A stretch of DNA of 64,000 nucleotides from Clostridia bacterium. GTDB taxonomy: Bacteria > Bacillota > Clostridia > JAAYHZ01. This document shows, piece after piece, positions 42,422 through 52,172 of the stretch. Where the stretch lies: assembly GCA_050950825.1 (NCBI GenBank), contig JBMNIH010000010.1, positions 160,001-224,000 on the forward strand, read 5' to 3'. A model generated the notes under the pieces. It saw only the letters and a program-made list of their open reading frames with translations. It was not told the DNA's origin and did no database searches. How positions within the stretch are numbered: position 1 is the stretch's first letter; every line of letters starts with the position of its first letter. The position numbers were made by a program, and so were the translations under genes.

Positions 42422-44128
42422 ATGAGATTAAAAGGAGCGGAAATAGTTGTTGAGTGTTTGATAGAAAACGGAACCGACATCATTTTCGGGTATCCCGGAG
42501 GAGCGGTCATTCCGATCTATGATGCGCTTTACGATAGAAAAGATCGCATTAAACATATATTGACTTCCCATGAGCAGGGTGCCGCACATGCTGCAGACGG
42601 ATATGCGCGGGTTAAGAAAAAAACCGGTGTATGCATTGCCACAAGCGGCCCCGGGGCAACCAATTTAGTCACCGGTATTGCAACGGCTTATATGGATTCG
42701 ACGCCTATGGTGGCCATCACCGGCAATGTTTCCACCGACCTTATCGGAAAGGACAGCTTCCAGGAAGTGGACATATTAGGCATTACCATGCCTATTACCA
42801 AGCATAATTATCAAGTGACCAAGGCCGAGGATATCGCAAGAACCATTCGGGAAGCTTTCATCATCGCCGAAACCGGACGCCCGGGACCCGTATTGGTGGA
42901 TATCACCAAGGATGCCCTGATGAACGAATGCGAATTCGAAGAATCATTACCCGAAGAAAGAATAAAAGAGCTGCGAGCGGTTGTAGGCATCGATAAGTGC
43001 AATCCGAAGATCGTAAAAGAGATCACAGAATCGGTGGAATATGCGGTAAAACTGATCGAAGAATCGAAGAAGCCGGCCATCTATGCCGGAGGCGGCGTTA
43101 TTACCTCCGGCGCCAAGGAGGAGCTTTTGGAGTTTGCGGAAAAAATACAAGCCCCGGTCTCCTGCTCGCTGATGGGTATCAGCGGTTTCCCTTGTGATCA
43201 TGAGCTGTATGCCGGAATGGTGGGCATGCACGGTTCCAAAACCTCCAATATGGCGTTTACCGAGTGCGATTTGCTGGTGGTATTGGGAGCTCGCTTCAGT
43301 GACCGCGTTACGGGGAAGGCCAATTTGTTCGCACGGGGAGCGAAGGTCTTGCATATCGATATCGATTCGGCGGAGGTCAATAAAAACATATCGGCATATC
43401 ACCATGTCATTGATGATGTCAAATGCGTTTTGAAGGAATTCAACAAACGACTGACGAAACAAGACCACAAAGAGTGGTTGGATAAAATCAGTAATTGGAA
43501 AAAAGAAGACAAAGCGCTGTTAGAAGGCCGCCACATGCCCCGGGAAATCATCAGCGGATTAAGAGATCTTTTCGATGAAGACGCGGTCATCGTTACGGAT
43601 GTAGGTCAGCACCAGATGTGGACGGCACAATACTACAAGTTCAGGAAAAGGGATATCTTCGTCACATCGGGAGGCTTAGGCACCATGGGCTTCGGCTTAG
43701 GAGCCACCATAGGTTCGCAATTCGGCTCCAAAGGACAGCGGGTCATTCTGATCACCGGGGACGGAAGCTTCCGAATGAATATGAACGAGATGCTGACGGC
43801 GGCCAAGTACAACCTGCCCATTATCGTTATACTGATGGACAACAACGCCCTTGGAATGGTGCGTCAGTGGCAGGATTTGTTCTACGACCGAAGATTTTCC
43901 GAAACCACCCTGCCGGAAGTAAAATTCGATGAAATTGCGAAGGCCATCGGATTCGACACGTATCGTATAGATAAAAGCGAAGAATTCGAAGGCGTGTTCA
44001 AGCAAGCGTTAAAGAGCCAAAAGCCGGTTTTGATTCAATGCAAAATCGACCATGATACCATGGTACTTCCCATGGTTCCTCCCGGAAAGGCTATTGACAA
44101 CATATTGATGAAGAAGGCGCAGATATAA
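42422..44128 (+). CDS. ilvB: acetolactate synthase large subunit
   Basis: GYPGG, HEQGA.HAADGYAR, GDGS..MN, GMVRQWQ motifs. Confidence 0.96.
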   Translation: MRLKGAEIVVECLIENGTDIIFGYPGGAVIPIYDALYDRKDRIKHILTSHEQGAAHAADGYARVKKKTGVCIATSGPGATNLVTGIATAYMDSTPMVAITGNVSTDLIGKDSFQEVDILGITMPITKHNYQVTKAEDIARTIREAFIIAETGRPGPVLVDITKDALMNECEFEESLPEERIKELRAVVGIDKCNPKIVKEITESVEYAVKLIEESKKPAIYAGGGVITSGAKEELLEFAEKIQAPVSCSLMGISGFPCDHELYAGMVGMHGSKTSNMAFTECDLLVVLGARFSDRVTGKANLFARGAKVLHIDIDSAEVNKNISAYHHVIDDVKCVLKEFNKRLTKQDHKEWLDKISNWKKEDKALLEGRHMPREIISGLRDLFDEDAVIVTDVGQHQMWTAQYYKFRKRDIFVTSGGLGTMGFGLGATIGSQFGSKGQRVILITGDGSFRMNMNEMLTAAKYNLPIIVILMDNNALGMVRQWQDLFYDRRFSETTLPEVKFDEIAKAIGFDTYRIDKSEEFEGVFKQALKSQKPVLIQCKIDHDTMVLPMVPPGKAIDNILMKKAQI

Positions 44129-45216
44129 TGAAGAATCAAATTCATGTCATATACGGCAAAGACCCGACGTTAATGACGGAAAAACTCTTAAAGGCAACCG
44201 CACCTTTGAAGGGCTTAAGCAAAAATATTGCCATCGGTATCAAACCGAACCTGGTCAGCGCTACGCCGCCTTCCGAAGGTGCGGTAACCCACCCGGAAAT
44301 CGTGGAGGGGATTATTAAGTACTTAAAGGAGCAGGGCTTTTACAATATAAAGATATTGGAGGGCTCGTGGGTAGGCGATGAGACAAAGAGAGCTTTTGAT
44401 GTTTGCGGATACAAAGCATTGTCTTCGAAATACGATGTGCCTTTGATCGATTTGAAAAAGGACGGCTATACCGAATGCAATTACGAAGGCTATAAAATCA
44501 AAGTATGCAACGAAATTTTAAAAATCGATTATTTGATTAACGTTCCCTTGATAAAAGGGCACTGCCAAACCAAGATGACCTGTGCTTTGAAAAACTTAAA
44601 AGGGGTTATCCCGGACAGTGAAAAAAGAAGATTTCATACCTTGGGTCTGCATAAGCCTATTGCCGTACTCAACAAGCTTGTAAAGCAGAACCTGATTATA
44701 GCCGACGCCATATGCCCGGATCCCTATTTCGAAGAGGGAGGACGTCCCTACGAAATGAATATGATCGCCTTGGGATTCGATCCGGTTTTAATGGATGTTT
44801 TTGCGGCGGAGGTTTTGGGCTATCGAAAAGAAGACATTTCTTACCTTATGATGGCCGAAAAAATGGGTGTCGGCAGCTTCGGTCCTTACGAAAAGGTCGA
44901 GCACGATCTTGAAAACAAGGGCTTTGATGAAATCCGTCAGCCGGAAGAAAAATATTTGAATTTAATCGATGAAGCCGGCGCTTGTTCCGCATGCTACAGC
45001 AACTTGGTCAATGCATTAAAGAGGCTGGACGAAGAAGGCTTATGCGGCTGTCTTGTGGACAACATTTGCATCGGCCAGTACTATCGGGATTATCCGGGAG
45101 AAATCGGTGTGGGAGATTGCACCGAAGCCTGTAAAATCAATATTCCGGGGTGTCCCCCGGAACAAGACGAGATTTATATCTACTTAAAAAAGCTGATCAA
45201 AGGTTCCTTACCTTAA
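44128..45216 (+). CDS. DUF362 domain Fe-S protein
   Basis: IKPNLV, THP, K.H....T.ALKNLKG; C-terminal CSAC...GDC...PGCPP. Confidence 0.82.
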   Translation: MKNQIHVIYGKDPTLMTEKLLKATAPLKGLSKNIAIGIKPNLVSATPPSEGAVTHPEIVEGIIKYLKEQGFYNIKILEGSWVGDETKRAFDVCGYKALSSKYDVPLIDLKKDGYTECNYEGYKIKVCNEILKIDYLINVPLIKGHCQTKMTCALKNLKGVIPDSEKRRFHTLGLHKPIAVLNKLVKQNLIIADAICPDPYFEEGGRPYEMNMIALGFDPVLMDVFAAEVLGYRKEDISYLMMAEKMGVGSFGPYEKVEHDLENKGFDEIRQPEEKYLNLIDEAGACSACYSNLVNALKRLDEEGLCGCLVDNICIGQYYRDYPGEIGVGDCTEACKINIPGCPPEQDEIYIYLKKLIKGSLP

Positions 45217-45580
45217 AATCGTAAGGCATGGATTTTGTTGCAATCACATTTACGCCGGTATTTAAAATGTTTTCATAAACCACATCACCGGCATTTATCG
45301 GAGCCGTATAAACGGTTTTTCGAATCTCCTTTACGGCTTCTCGAAGCATTTCCAAAGGTATTTCCCCGTCGGTTTTCACCGGCAAGGGGAAGATACCTTT
45401 TGTTGTTTTGCAGAAAACCGTGGATGTTAAAACGCGGTAGGAGCAGACAAACTCTTTTTTTGCATACGCTTCTCCCTTTTTGCATCGGTTCCCGGTTATA
45501 CTTATAATGCTGTCGCCTTCATATTCCACATTGACGGTGCATCCTATGGGACATTGTATGCAGATAATTTTTTTATCCAT
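45197..45580 (-). CDS. DUF1667 small CxxC protein
   Basis: CIQCPIGC, GNRC..G..YA, LPVKT motifs. Confidence 0.85.
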   Translation of the reverse strand: MDKKIICIQCPIGCTVNVEYEGDSIISITGNRCKKGEAYAKKEFVCSYRVLTSTVFCKTTKGIFPLPVKTDGEIPLEMLREAVKEIRKTVYTAPINAGDVVYENILNTGVNVIATKSMPYDFKVRNL

Positions 45581-45583
45581 ACA

Positions 45584-46405
45584 TCACGCACCTTCCTTCA
45601 ATATTTTGTAAAGATCCATGATGGAATCGAATACATAACTCGGTTTTATGGAGGATGCGGCCAAATCCTCTTTGCTTGTAGCACCGGTGAGCATTAATAT
45701 GGAGGTCACTCCGTGGTAAACGCCCAAGGCGATGTCGGTGGCTAATCGGTCGCCTACAACGGCGATATCTTCTTTGTGAAGCCCGGTGACGCGTAAAATC
45801 GCTTCGATGGTTTCCGGTTGAGGCTTCCCTAAATATTTCGGGGACTTACCCGTTGAAGCTTCGATCATGGCGCACATGGCACCGCAGTCCGGCAAAAAGC
45901 CTTTTTCTACCGGGCAGTTCACGTCGGGATGGGTGGCGATAAACTCGGCGCCGTTTCTTATATAATGGCACATTTTATCGATTTTTTCGTAGGTTAAAGT
46001 CAAATCAAAGCCGATGACCACAATGTCCGGATTTTCATCGGTAAGAGGGATCCCGTTTTCTCGAAAGGATTTTTCTAAAGCCGGCGTTCCGGATAAGTAG
46101 ACGGTTTTTCCGGGGCGCAGGGTCTTTAAAAAGTTAATGGTCACGTCTCCGGACGTCATGATTTTTTCAGGAGGTGCGTAAAAACCCAATCGATTCAACT
46201 TTTCCACGTACATGGTTCCGTCTTTGGAAGAGTTGTTGGTAAAAAACAAATAGTCTTTTCCTTGCTCCCTCAGGGTGTTAATAAATTCAATGGCACCGGG
46301 GATGACCGTCTCCTCCAAATAAATGGTGCCGTCCATATCCAAAACAAATAGCTTTTTATTTTTTAATTCCGAATGATTTTTCAACGTTAAAAACTCCTTT
46401 TCCAT
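45584..46405 (-). CDS. HAD-IIA (NagD-like) phosphatase
   Basis: DMDGTIY, TNNS, GKP, GDRL.TD motifs; start moved to ATG 46405. Confidence 0.9.
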   Translation of the reverse strand: MEKEFLTLKNHSELKNKKLFVLDMDGTIYLEETVIPGAIEFINTLREQGKDYLFFTNNSSKDGTMYVEKLNRLGFYAPPEKIMTSGDVTINFLKTLRPGKTVYLSGTPALEKSFRENGIPLTDENPDIVVIGFDLTLTYEKIDKMCHYIRNGAEFIATHPDVNCPVEKGFLPDCGAMCAMIEASTGKSPKYLGKPQPETIEAILRVTGLHKEDIAVVGDRLATDIALGVYHGVTSILMLTGATSKEDLAASSIKPSYVFDSIMDLYKILKEGA

Positions 46406-46407
46406 AT

Positions 46408-47670
46408 TTATTCCGTTACGCTTACGGTTATCGGGGTCTTTTTTTCCAAAACGGTTTTCACACGGTCTTCGGGAAGGGTAATCCGTACGGATTCTCCCGG
46501 CGTACAGCGAGATCTTTTTAATGATAACAAAAGAATGCCGTCGGAGGCTACCGTTATTGTACAATCTTTCATGGGTTTTGTCACACGGAACATAAGGGTC
46601 AGGGCGCCTTTCCCGTCTTTGGATAGGTGGGAAGGAACGGTGTAGCGAACATTGTCGCCGCACAATACCGGTATGCCGGAGCTTTCCTTTTCTTTTTGAC
46701 CGTAAAGCACGTATTCCGCCGCATTTTCTCCCGCCCTTTCGCTTTCGTCCGTTACGTAATCCACAAGGTCGTGAACATGAAGACAATTCCCGCAGGAAAA
46801 GATGCCCGGAACCTCCGTCATAAAGCGATTGTCAATGAAGGGCCCCCCTGTGACCTTATTCATGGAGATATTCGTACCGGATAAAATGTCGTTTTCCGGG
46901 ATAAGGCCTACCGAAAGGATGAGAGTATCGCATTCTACGATTTCTCGGCTTTCGGGGATCGGCTTTAGGCTTTGGTCTACTCTGCATACCTCAACCGCTT
47001 CAATCCTTTTTCTTCCGAAAATTTTCGTAACCGTGTGGCTGAGCTTTAAAGGTATGTTGTAATCGTTTAAACATTGAACGATGTTGCGGGTTAAGCCGGA
47101 GCTATAAGGCAGCAATTCGTATACTCCTTTAACCGTTGCTCCTTCTAAGGTCATTCTTCTTGCCATAATCAAACCGATATCTCCGGAGCCCAATATGACG
47201 ATGTTTTTGCCCGGCAATTTGCCTTCTATGTTTACCCACCGCTGTACCGTGCCGGCGGTGTAGATTCCGGCAGGCCTTGTGCCCGGGATGTTAATAGCTC
47301 CTCTCGGACGCTCTCTGCAGCCCATGGCGAGAATTACGGCTTTGGCTTGTATTTGGTATGCTCCTATATCCTCGTTTACCGCCGTTACCGTAAGATCGTC
47401 GGAGACTTTGGTTACCATGGTGTTTAAACGAATGTCTATATTTGTTTTTTTGATGCGGTCGATAAAAATTCCGGCATACTCCGGACCGGTCAACCGCGTT
47501 TTAAACAACTGCAATCCGAAACCGTCGTGAATGCACTGGTTTAAGATGCCTCCGAGCTCTTTATCCCGTTCAATCAATAGGATGTTTTTTACGCCTTTTT
47601 CGTAAGCGGATAGGGCGGCTGCAAGTCCTGCCGGTCCTCCCCCGATAACAACTATATCCGTTTTAATCAT
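46408..47670 (-). CDS. NAD(P)/FAD-dependent oxidoreductase
   Basis: GGGPAG, LNQCIHDGFG, GCRERPR, GSGDIG motifs. Confidence 0.9.
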   Translation of the reverse strand: MIKTDIVVIGGGPAGLAAALSAYEKGVKNILLIERDKELGGILNQCIHDGFGLQLFKTRLTGPEYAGIFIDRIKKTNIDIRLNTMVTKVSDDLTVTAVNEDIGAYQIQAKAVILAMGCRERPRGAINIPGTRPAGIYTAGTVQRWVNIEGKLPGKNIVILGSGDIGLIMARRMTLEGATVKGVYELLPYSSGLTRNIVQCLNDYNIPLKLSHTVTKIFGRKRIEAVEVCRVDQSLKPIPESREIVECDTLILSVGLIPENDILSGTNISMNKVTGGPFIDNRFMTEVPGIFSCGNCLHVHDLVDYVTDESERAGENAAEYVLYGQKEKESSGIPVLCGDNVRYTVPSHLSKDGKGALTLMFRVTKPMKDCTITVASDGILLLSLKRSRCTPGESVRITLPEDRVKTVLEKKTPITVSVTE

Positions 47671-49105
47671 GTTCGATTTCTCCTTCTTTCAGGATGTAGG
47701 AGCCTTTTTCGTTTTTGCAGATTTCATAGGGAGAGCATTGCAGCTCCCTTGCCAAAATCTCCAAAACCTTCGGCATACAAAAGCCTCCTTGGCACCGTCC
47801 CATACCGGCCCGAACTCTTCTTTTCACGCCGTCCACGGTTGTCGCTCCTGCCGGCCGCCGAATGCTGTCGATGATTTCGCCTTCCGTTACGGATTCGCAG
47901 CGGCAAATAATTTTTCCGTAAGCCTTGTTTTTTTGAATCCAACGGTTCTGCTCTTCCAAAGGAAGCTCCGCGATACGGGGAATGCCTTGTCGGATTCTTA
48001 CGGAATTCGGGTTTTCTTCCAAAAGGATTCCTTTGCTTTTTATCATTTCAATAACATACAATGCGATAGCCGGTGCCGCCGTCAGGCCGGGAGATTCAAT
48101 GCCCGCCGCATGAAAGAACCTCGGGTTTTTTTCCGATTCTCTAATGATAAAGTCGCCTGTATCGGGAGTCGCACGAATTCCGCTGAAGGAGGTAATGGTT
48201 TTGTTTAAACGGATATTCGGTACGGCCGCCATAGCGCCTTTGATGACCTCATCCAGCCCGGATGCGGTGGTGGAGGTATCTTCTTTATCTTCGATCACCG
48301 AAGCGGTGGGGCCTAAAAGGAGATTTCCGTCCGCCGTAGGAGAAACAAGGATTCCTTTTCCCTTTTCGGAAGGGGGTTGAAAGATGACCGTGTTCACCGT
48401 TTTCCCTTCGGTTTTGTCCAATATGATGTATTCTCCTCGCCTCGGGATAATGGTAAAGCTGTTGTCATCCGCCATGGCCGCGATTTTGTCGGCAAAAACC
48501 CCGGCGGCATTGATCACGCATCGGGCCTTTACCGTATCCTTCGCCGATTTTATCAAGTAAAGGTCCTCGGTTTTTTCTATTTTTTCAACTTTAAAATTTA
48601 AACGCAATTCCGCCCCGTTGGAAACGGCGTTTTCCGCGGCGGCAATGGTTAATTGGTAAGGGCATACGATACCTGCCCCCTTCGCATACAAGGCTCCTTG
48701 TACCCCGGGGTGAATGTTAGGCTCTAAACGCATGGTCTCTTCGCGGTTTAACAAGAACAGCTCCGAAACTCCGTTTTCCAATCCTCTTTGGTATAGCTTT
48801 CGGATGGAATCCGTGCCCTCTTGATCAAAGGCAGCGACAATGGAACCGCATTTTTTGTAGGGTACGTCCAGCTCTTGAACGGTTTTTTCCATCAGAGCGC
48901 ATCCTAAAACGTTCAATTTGGCCTTTAAAGTGCCTGGCTTCGCGTCGTAGCCTGCATGTACAATACCGCTGTTGGCCTTGCTGGATCCCGATGCCACGTC
49001 GTTTCCTTTCTCGAGCAGGCAGATTTTTGCTCGGTACATGGACAGCTCCCTTGCGATCATACAGCCGACAACTCCCGCACCGATAATGACAAAATCGTAG
49101 ATCAT
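47663..49105 (-). CDS. FAD-dependent glycerol-3-phosphate dehydrogenase-like protein with BFD-like 2Fe-2S tail
   Basis: GAGVVG, SKANSGIVHAG, CRCE, GRCQGGFC motifs. Confidence 0.88.
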   Translation of the reverse strand: MIYDFVIIGAGVVGCMIARELSMYRAKICLLEKGNDVASGSSKANSGIVHAGYDAKPGTLKAKLNVLGCALMEKTVQELDVPYKKCGSIVAAFDQEGTDSIRKLYQRGLENGVSELFLLNREETMRLEPNIHPGVQGALYAKGAGIVCPYQLTIAAAENAVSNGAELRLNFKVEKIEKTEDLYLIKSAKDTVKARCVINAAGVFADKIAAMADDNSFTIIPRRGEYIILDKTEGKTVNTVIFQPPSEKGKGILVSPTADGNLLLGPTASVIEDKEDTSTTASGLDEVIKGAMAAVPNIRLNKTITSFSGIRATPDTGDFIIRESEKNPRFFHAAGIESPGLTAAPAIALYVIEMIKSKGILLEENPNSVRIRQGIPRIAELPLEEQNRWIQKNKAYGKIICRCESVTEGEIIDSIRRPAGATTVDGVKRRVRAGMGRCQGGFCMPKVLEILARELQCSPYEICKNEKGSYILKEGEIEHD

Positions 49106-49125
49106 GAAAAACCTCCGTTATTTAT

Positions 49126-49190
49126 AAAACAAAAGCACCAAAGAACCCCACGGTTGAGGTTATTTGGTGCGTCTCCTGATCTCCACGCAA
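49126..49190 (-). promoter_or_regulatory. GlpP-type antitermination leader with terminator
   Basis: Minus strand GTGGAGATCAGGAGAC adjoining the GCACCAAA..TTTGGTGC-TTTTG terminator. Confidence 0.65.
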
Positions 49191-49387
49191 AAATATTTCT
49201 TTGTTACCTTTTATTATATACCTTCAAAAGCAATATGACAACGGTTCTTTTTTACTTTTTCAAAGAGGGAAATGAAAAGGCTTTATGAAAAATCATCCGT
49301 ATTTTATCTTTCGTAGTGATATAATAAACCAAAGCGGAAAAAAGGGATACCTTTCCGCCTCATTTCACCAAAAAACGAGGTGACGTT

Positions 49388-50239
49388 ATGAAGAAGATTG
49401 ACTTTCACGTACATACCATGACTACGCGGATGGCTCATTGGAGAAGGGCGACTCCCGAAGAGCTGTTCGACATCTACGAAAAACTCGGTGTGGAAAAAGG
49501 GGTCATACTTCCTTCCGTTCAGCAGAACGAGGAAGCCATTGACATCGTAGAAAAATATCCGGACCGGTTTTATTGGTTTTGCAACATCGATCCTCGAATG
49601 GGAAGAAATCGACCGGACACCGACTTGTCCTACTTTATTTCCTACTACAAGTCCAAAGGGGCCAAAGGAGTAGGGGAAGTGACCTGCAACCTGTATTTCG
49701 ACGATCCTTTTGTGGACAACCTGTTTTACCACTGCGAAAAAAATAAAATGCCTTTGTTGTTCCACATCGGACCTCAAATAGGGAATTGCTACGGTTTGGT
49801 GGATGATTTGGGCCTTCCGAGGTTGGAAAAGATGCTGGCCAAATATCCGGATTTGATTGTCATCGGTCATTCCCAGCCTTTCTGGGCGGAAATCAGCGCC
49901 GATGTCACAAACGAGAACCGCAACTCCTATCCGAAGGGAAAGGTCAAACCCGGGCGACTTTTAGAGCTTTTCCGAAAATATCCGAACCTTTATGCGGATT
50001 TGTCTCCCGAAGCCGGAAGCGGCTTCAACGCCATTGCAAGAGATCCGGAGTTCGGTTATCAATTCTTAGAGGAATTTTCCGACCGACTGTTATACGGATC
50101 GGATATCTGCTCGCCTCATGACCGATTGGCTCTTGCCCAATGGTTGGACGATGCCGTTGCCAATAAAAAGATATCCCAAGAGGCTTATGAAAAAATCTGC
50201 AGGACAAATGCGCTCCGCATTCTGGAAGGGGGTCGTTGA
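49388..50239 (+). CDS. amidohydrolase family protein (TIM barrel)
   Basis: DFHVH, FHIG, GHSQ, YGSD metal ligands. Confidence 0.88.
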   Translation: MKKIDFHVHTMTTRMAHWRRATPEELFDIYEKLGVEKGVILPSVQQNEEAIDIVEKYPDRFYWFCNIDPRMGRNRPDTDLSYFISYYKSKGAKGVGEVTCNLYFDDPFVDNLFYHCEKNKMPLLFHIGPQIGNCYGLVDDLGLPRLEKMLAKYPDLIVIGHSQPFWAEISADVTNENRNSYPKGKVKPGRLLELFRKYPNLYADLSPEAGSGFNAIARDPEFGYQFLEEFSDRLLYGSDICSPHDRLALAQWLDDAVANKKISQEAYEKICRTNALRILEGGR

Positions 50240-50240
50240 C

Positions 50241-51122
50241 ATGTTGAAGAAAATTGATATGCACGTTCATACCATTATGAGAAGAGGGATCTTGCGAATG
50301 GGAACGAACACGACCTTCGCAACGCCGGAAGAGCTGTCCCTTATGTATGAAAGATTAGGAATCGAAAAAGGCGTCATTCTCCCCGAGGTCAATTTTGAAT
50401 GCGCAAGCCACATGCAGTCCAACGAGGATGCCATTCGCATCGTGGAAAAATACCCGGACATGTTTTATTGGTTCTGTAATATCGATCCGCGGATGGAGAG
50501 AAACGACATCCGTATGGACCTTTCGAGGGTCATCGAGAATTACAAAGCTCTAGGAGCAAAAGGGGTAGGAGAAGTATGCGCCAACCTGTATTTCGACGAT
50601 CCTTTCATGGAAAACCTCTTTTACCATTGTGAAAAAACGGAGATGCCCGTTTTGTTCCATATAGGCCCCCAAGTCGGAGGCTGCTACGGTATTGTAGACG
50701 ATTTGGGCTTACCTCGATTGGAAAAAATGCTGAAGAAATTCCCCGGACTGCAATTTATCGGCCATTCCCAGCCCTTCTGGGCGGAAATCGGTGCCGATGC
50801 GACGGAAGCCAACCGAAACTCCTATCCTACGGGGAAAGTGGTCCCGGGACGATTGATTGAGCTTTTCGAGCTTTATCCTAATCTGTACGGGGATATGTCC
50901 GCAGGAAGTGGCTTCAATGCCGTAGCCCGCGATCCGGAGTTCGGATATGCCTTCATTGAAAAATACCAAGATCGCTTGTACTTCGGTACGGATATTTGTG
51001 CACCGGAAAACGACATGCAATTGTCCTTCTGGCTGGATGAAGCGGTTCAAAACAAGAAAATTTCCCAAACGGCCTATGAAAAGGTTTGCAGGGGCAATGC
51101 CTTGAAGCTTTTAGAACGATAA
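50241..51122 (+). CDS. amidohydrolase family protein, tandem paralog of the previous gene
   Basis: DMHVH, FHIG, GHSQ, FGTD; long blocks shared with 49388. Confidence 0.88.
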   Translation: MLKKIDMHVHTIMRRGILRMGTNTTFATPEELSLMYERLGIEKGVILPEVNFECASHMQSNEDAIRIVEKYPDMFYWFCNIDPRMERNDIRMDLSRVIENYKALGAKGVGEVCANLYFDDPFMENLFYHCEKTEMPVLFHIGPQVGGCYGIVDDLGLPRLEKMLKKFPGLQFIGHSQPFWAEIGADATEANRNSYPTGKVVPGRLIELFELYPNLYGDMSAGSGFNAVARDPEFGYAFIEKYQDRLYFGTDICAPENDMQLSFWLDEAVQNKKISQTAYEKVCRGNALKLLER

Positions 51123-51136
51123 AGGAGGATAGAGCC

Positions 51137-52102
51137 TTGAAATTCGGTATATTAGGTGCGGCACACGGACATATTGCCTCGTTTGCGGCGTCCATGATAA
51201 AAAAGGGGCATACCTTCGTCGGTATATACGACCCCGTGAAAAAAAGAACCGAATCCTATGTAACTCGTTTTTCGGTTCCCGTTTTCGACAGCCCGGAGGA
51301 TTTATTAAAGACCGGGGCGGAGGTTATCGGAACCTCGGCGGTAAACAACACAAAAATCGATGTTTATGAATTATGCGAATCCTATGGGGCTCATGTCATT
51401 GCGGACAAACCGGTTGTTACCGATTACGAGCAATACGAGCGCTTGAAAAAAATCATCGAAAGAGGAAGGATCCAAATCGGACTGCTCTTGACGCTACGAT
51501 TTTCCCCCCCTTATGTCCGTTTGAAAAGCCTTATTGATGAAGGCGCTTTAGGCGATCTTTTATCCTTTGAGTTTCATAACCCTCACAACTTGAATCCTTC
51601 CGCTCGTGAGGACTGGCATTTTTCCAATACGGAAAACGGCGGGCTTATCATCGATTTGATCATACACTGCGCCGATTTGTTGAACTGGTACGTGGGCGAT
51701 GTAAAGGATCCGGTGTATTCCGCAACGAAAAGAAAGACGGTATTGCCGGAAAAGGAAACCTTCTTCGATTACGCGGACGTGTATATGCAAACACAAGAGG
51801 GGATTACCGCTTTCTTTAAAACCGGTTGGCTCATGCCGGAGTGCGCTTCCGCCTCCGGGTACCGTGTGGTGGTGTCCGGGTCCAAGGGCACGGCGGTTAT
51901 CGATAACGGTACGTTGAAGGTGTGCTGCAACGGCCGTCCCTTTGAGGAGGTTTCTTGTCCTTCCGTTGCCGAAGATCCTACTGCGGATTTCCTTTTGGGT
52001 ATCGAAGGAAAGGAACGGCTGATTACCCACGAAGCCATTTTAAAAGCAACGAAAATGACGCTGGATATGGACAAAGCGGCTCGGATTATAAAGAATTGCT
52101 AA
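51137..52102 (+). CDS. Gfo/Idh/MocA oxidoreductase
   Basis: DKP, GG...DL.IH motifs; GGAGG RBS and TTG start. Confidence 0.85.
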   Translation: MKFGILGAAHGHIASFAASMIKKGHTFVGIYDPVKKRTESYVTRFSVPVFDSPEDLLKTGAEVIGTSAVNNTKIDVYELCESYGAHVIADKPVVTDYEQYERLKKIIERGRIQIGLLLTLRFSPPYVRLKSLIDEGALGDLLSFEFHNPHNLNPSAREDWHFSNTENGGLIIDLIIHCADLLNWYVGDVKDPVYSATKRKTVLPEKETFFDYADVYMQTQEGITAFFKTGWLMPECASASGYRVVVSGSKGTAVIDNGTLKVCCNGRPFEEVSCPSVAEDPTADFLLGIEGKERLITHEAILKATKMTLDMDKAARIIKNC

Positions 52103-52125
52103 AAGATAAAATATGAAAAACGATT

Positions 52126-52157
52126 AAAAAAGGGGCATCCGTTCGGATGCCCCTTAT
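52126..52157. terminator. terminator between convergent genes
   Basis: AAGGGGCATCC-GTTC-GGATGCCCCTT. Confidence 0.8.
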
Positions 52158-52172
52158 CCTATGGAATAGGCT

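Noticed and set aside
46406-46786. 127-aa Arg-rich N-terminal extension of the HAD ORF
   Set aside because: Alternate-frame overlap with the upstream oxidoreductase; the HAD domain starts after ATG 46405
50118-50240. Long overlap start or fusion of the two amidohydrolases
   Set aside because: Each gene has its own KKIDxHVH start and stop; separate genes
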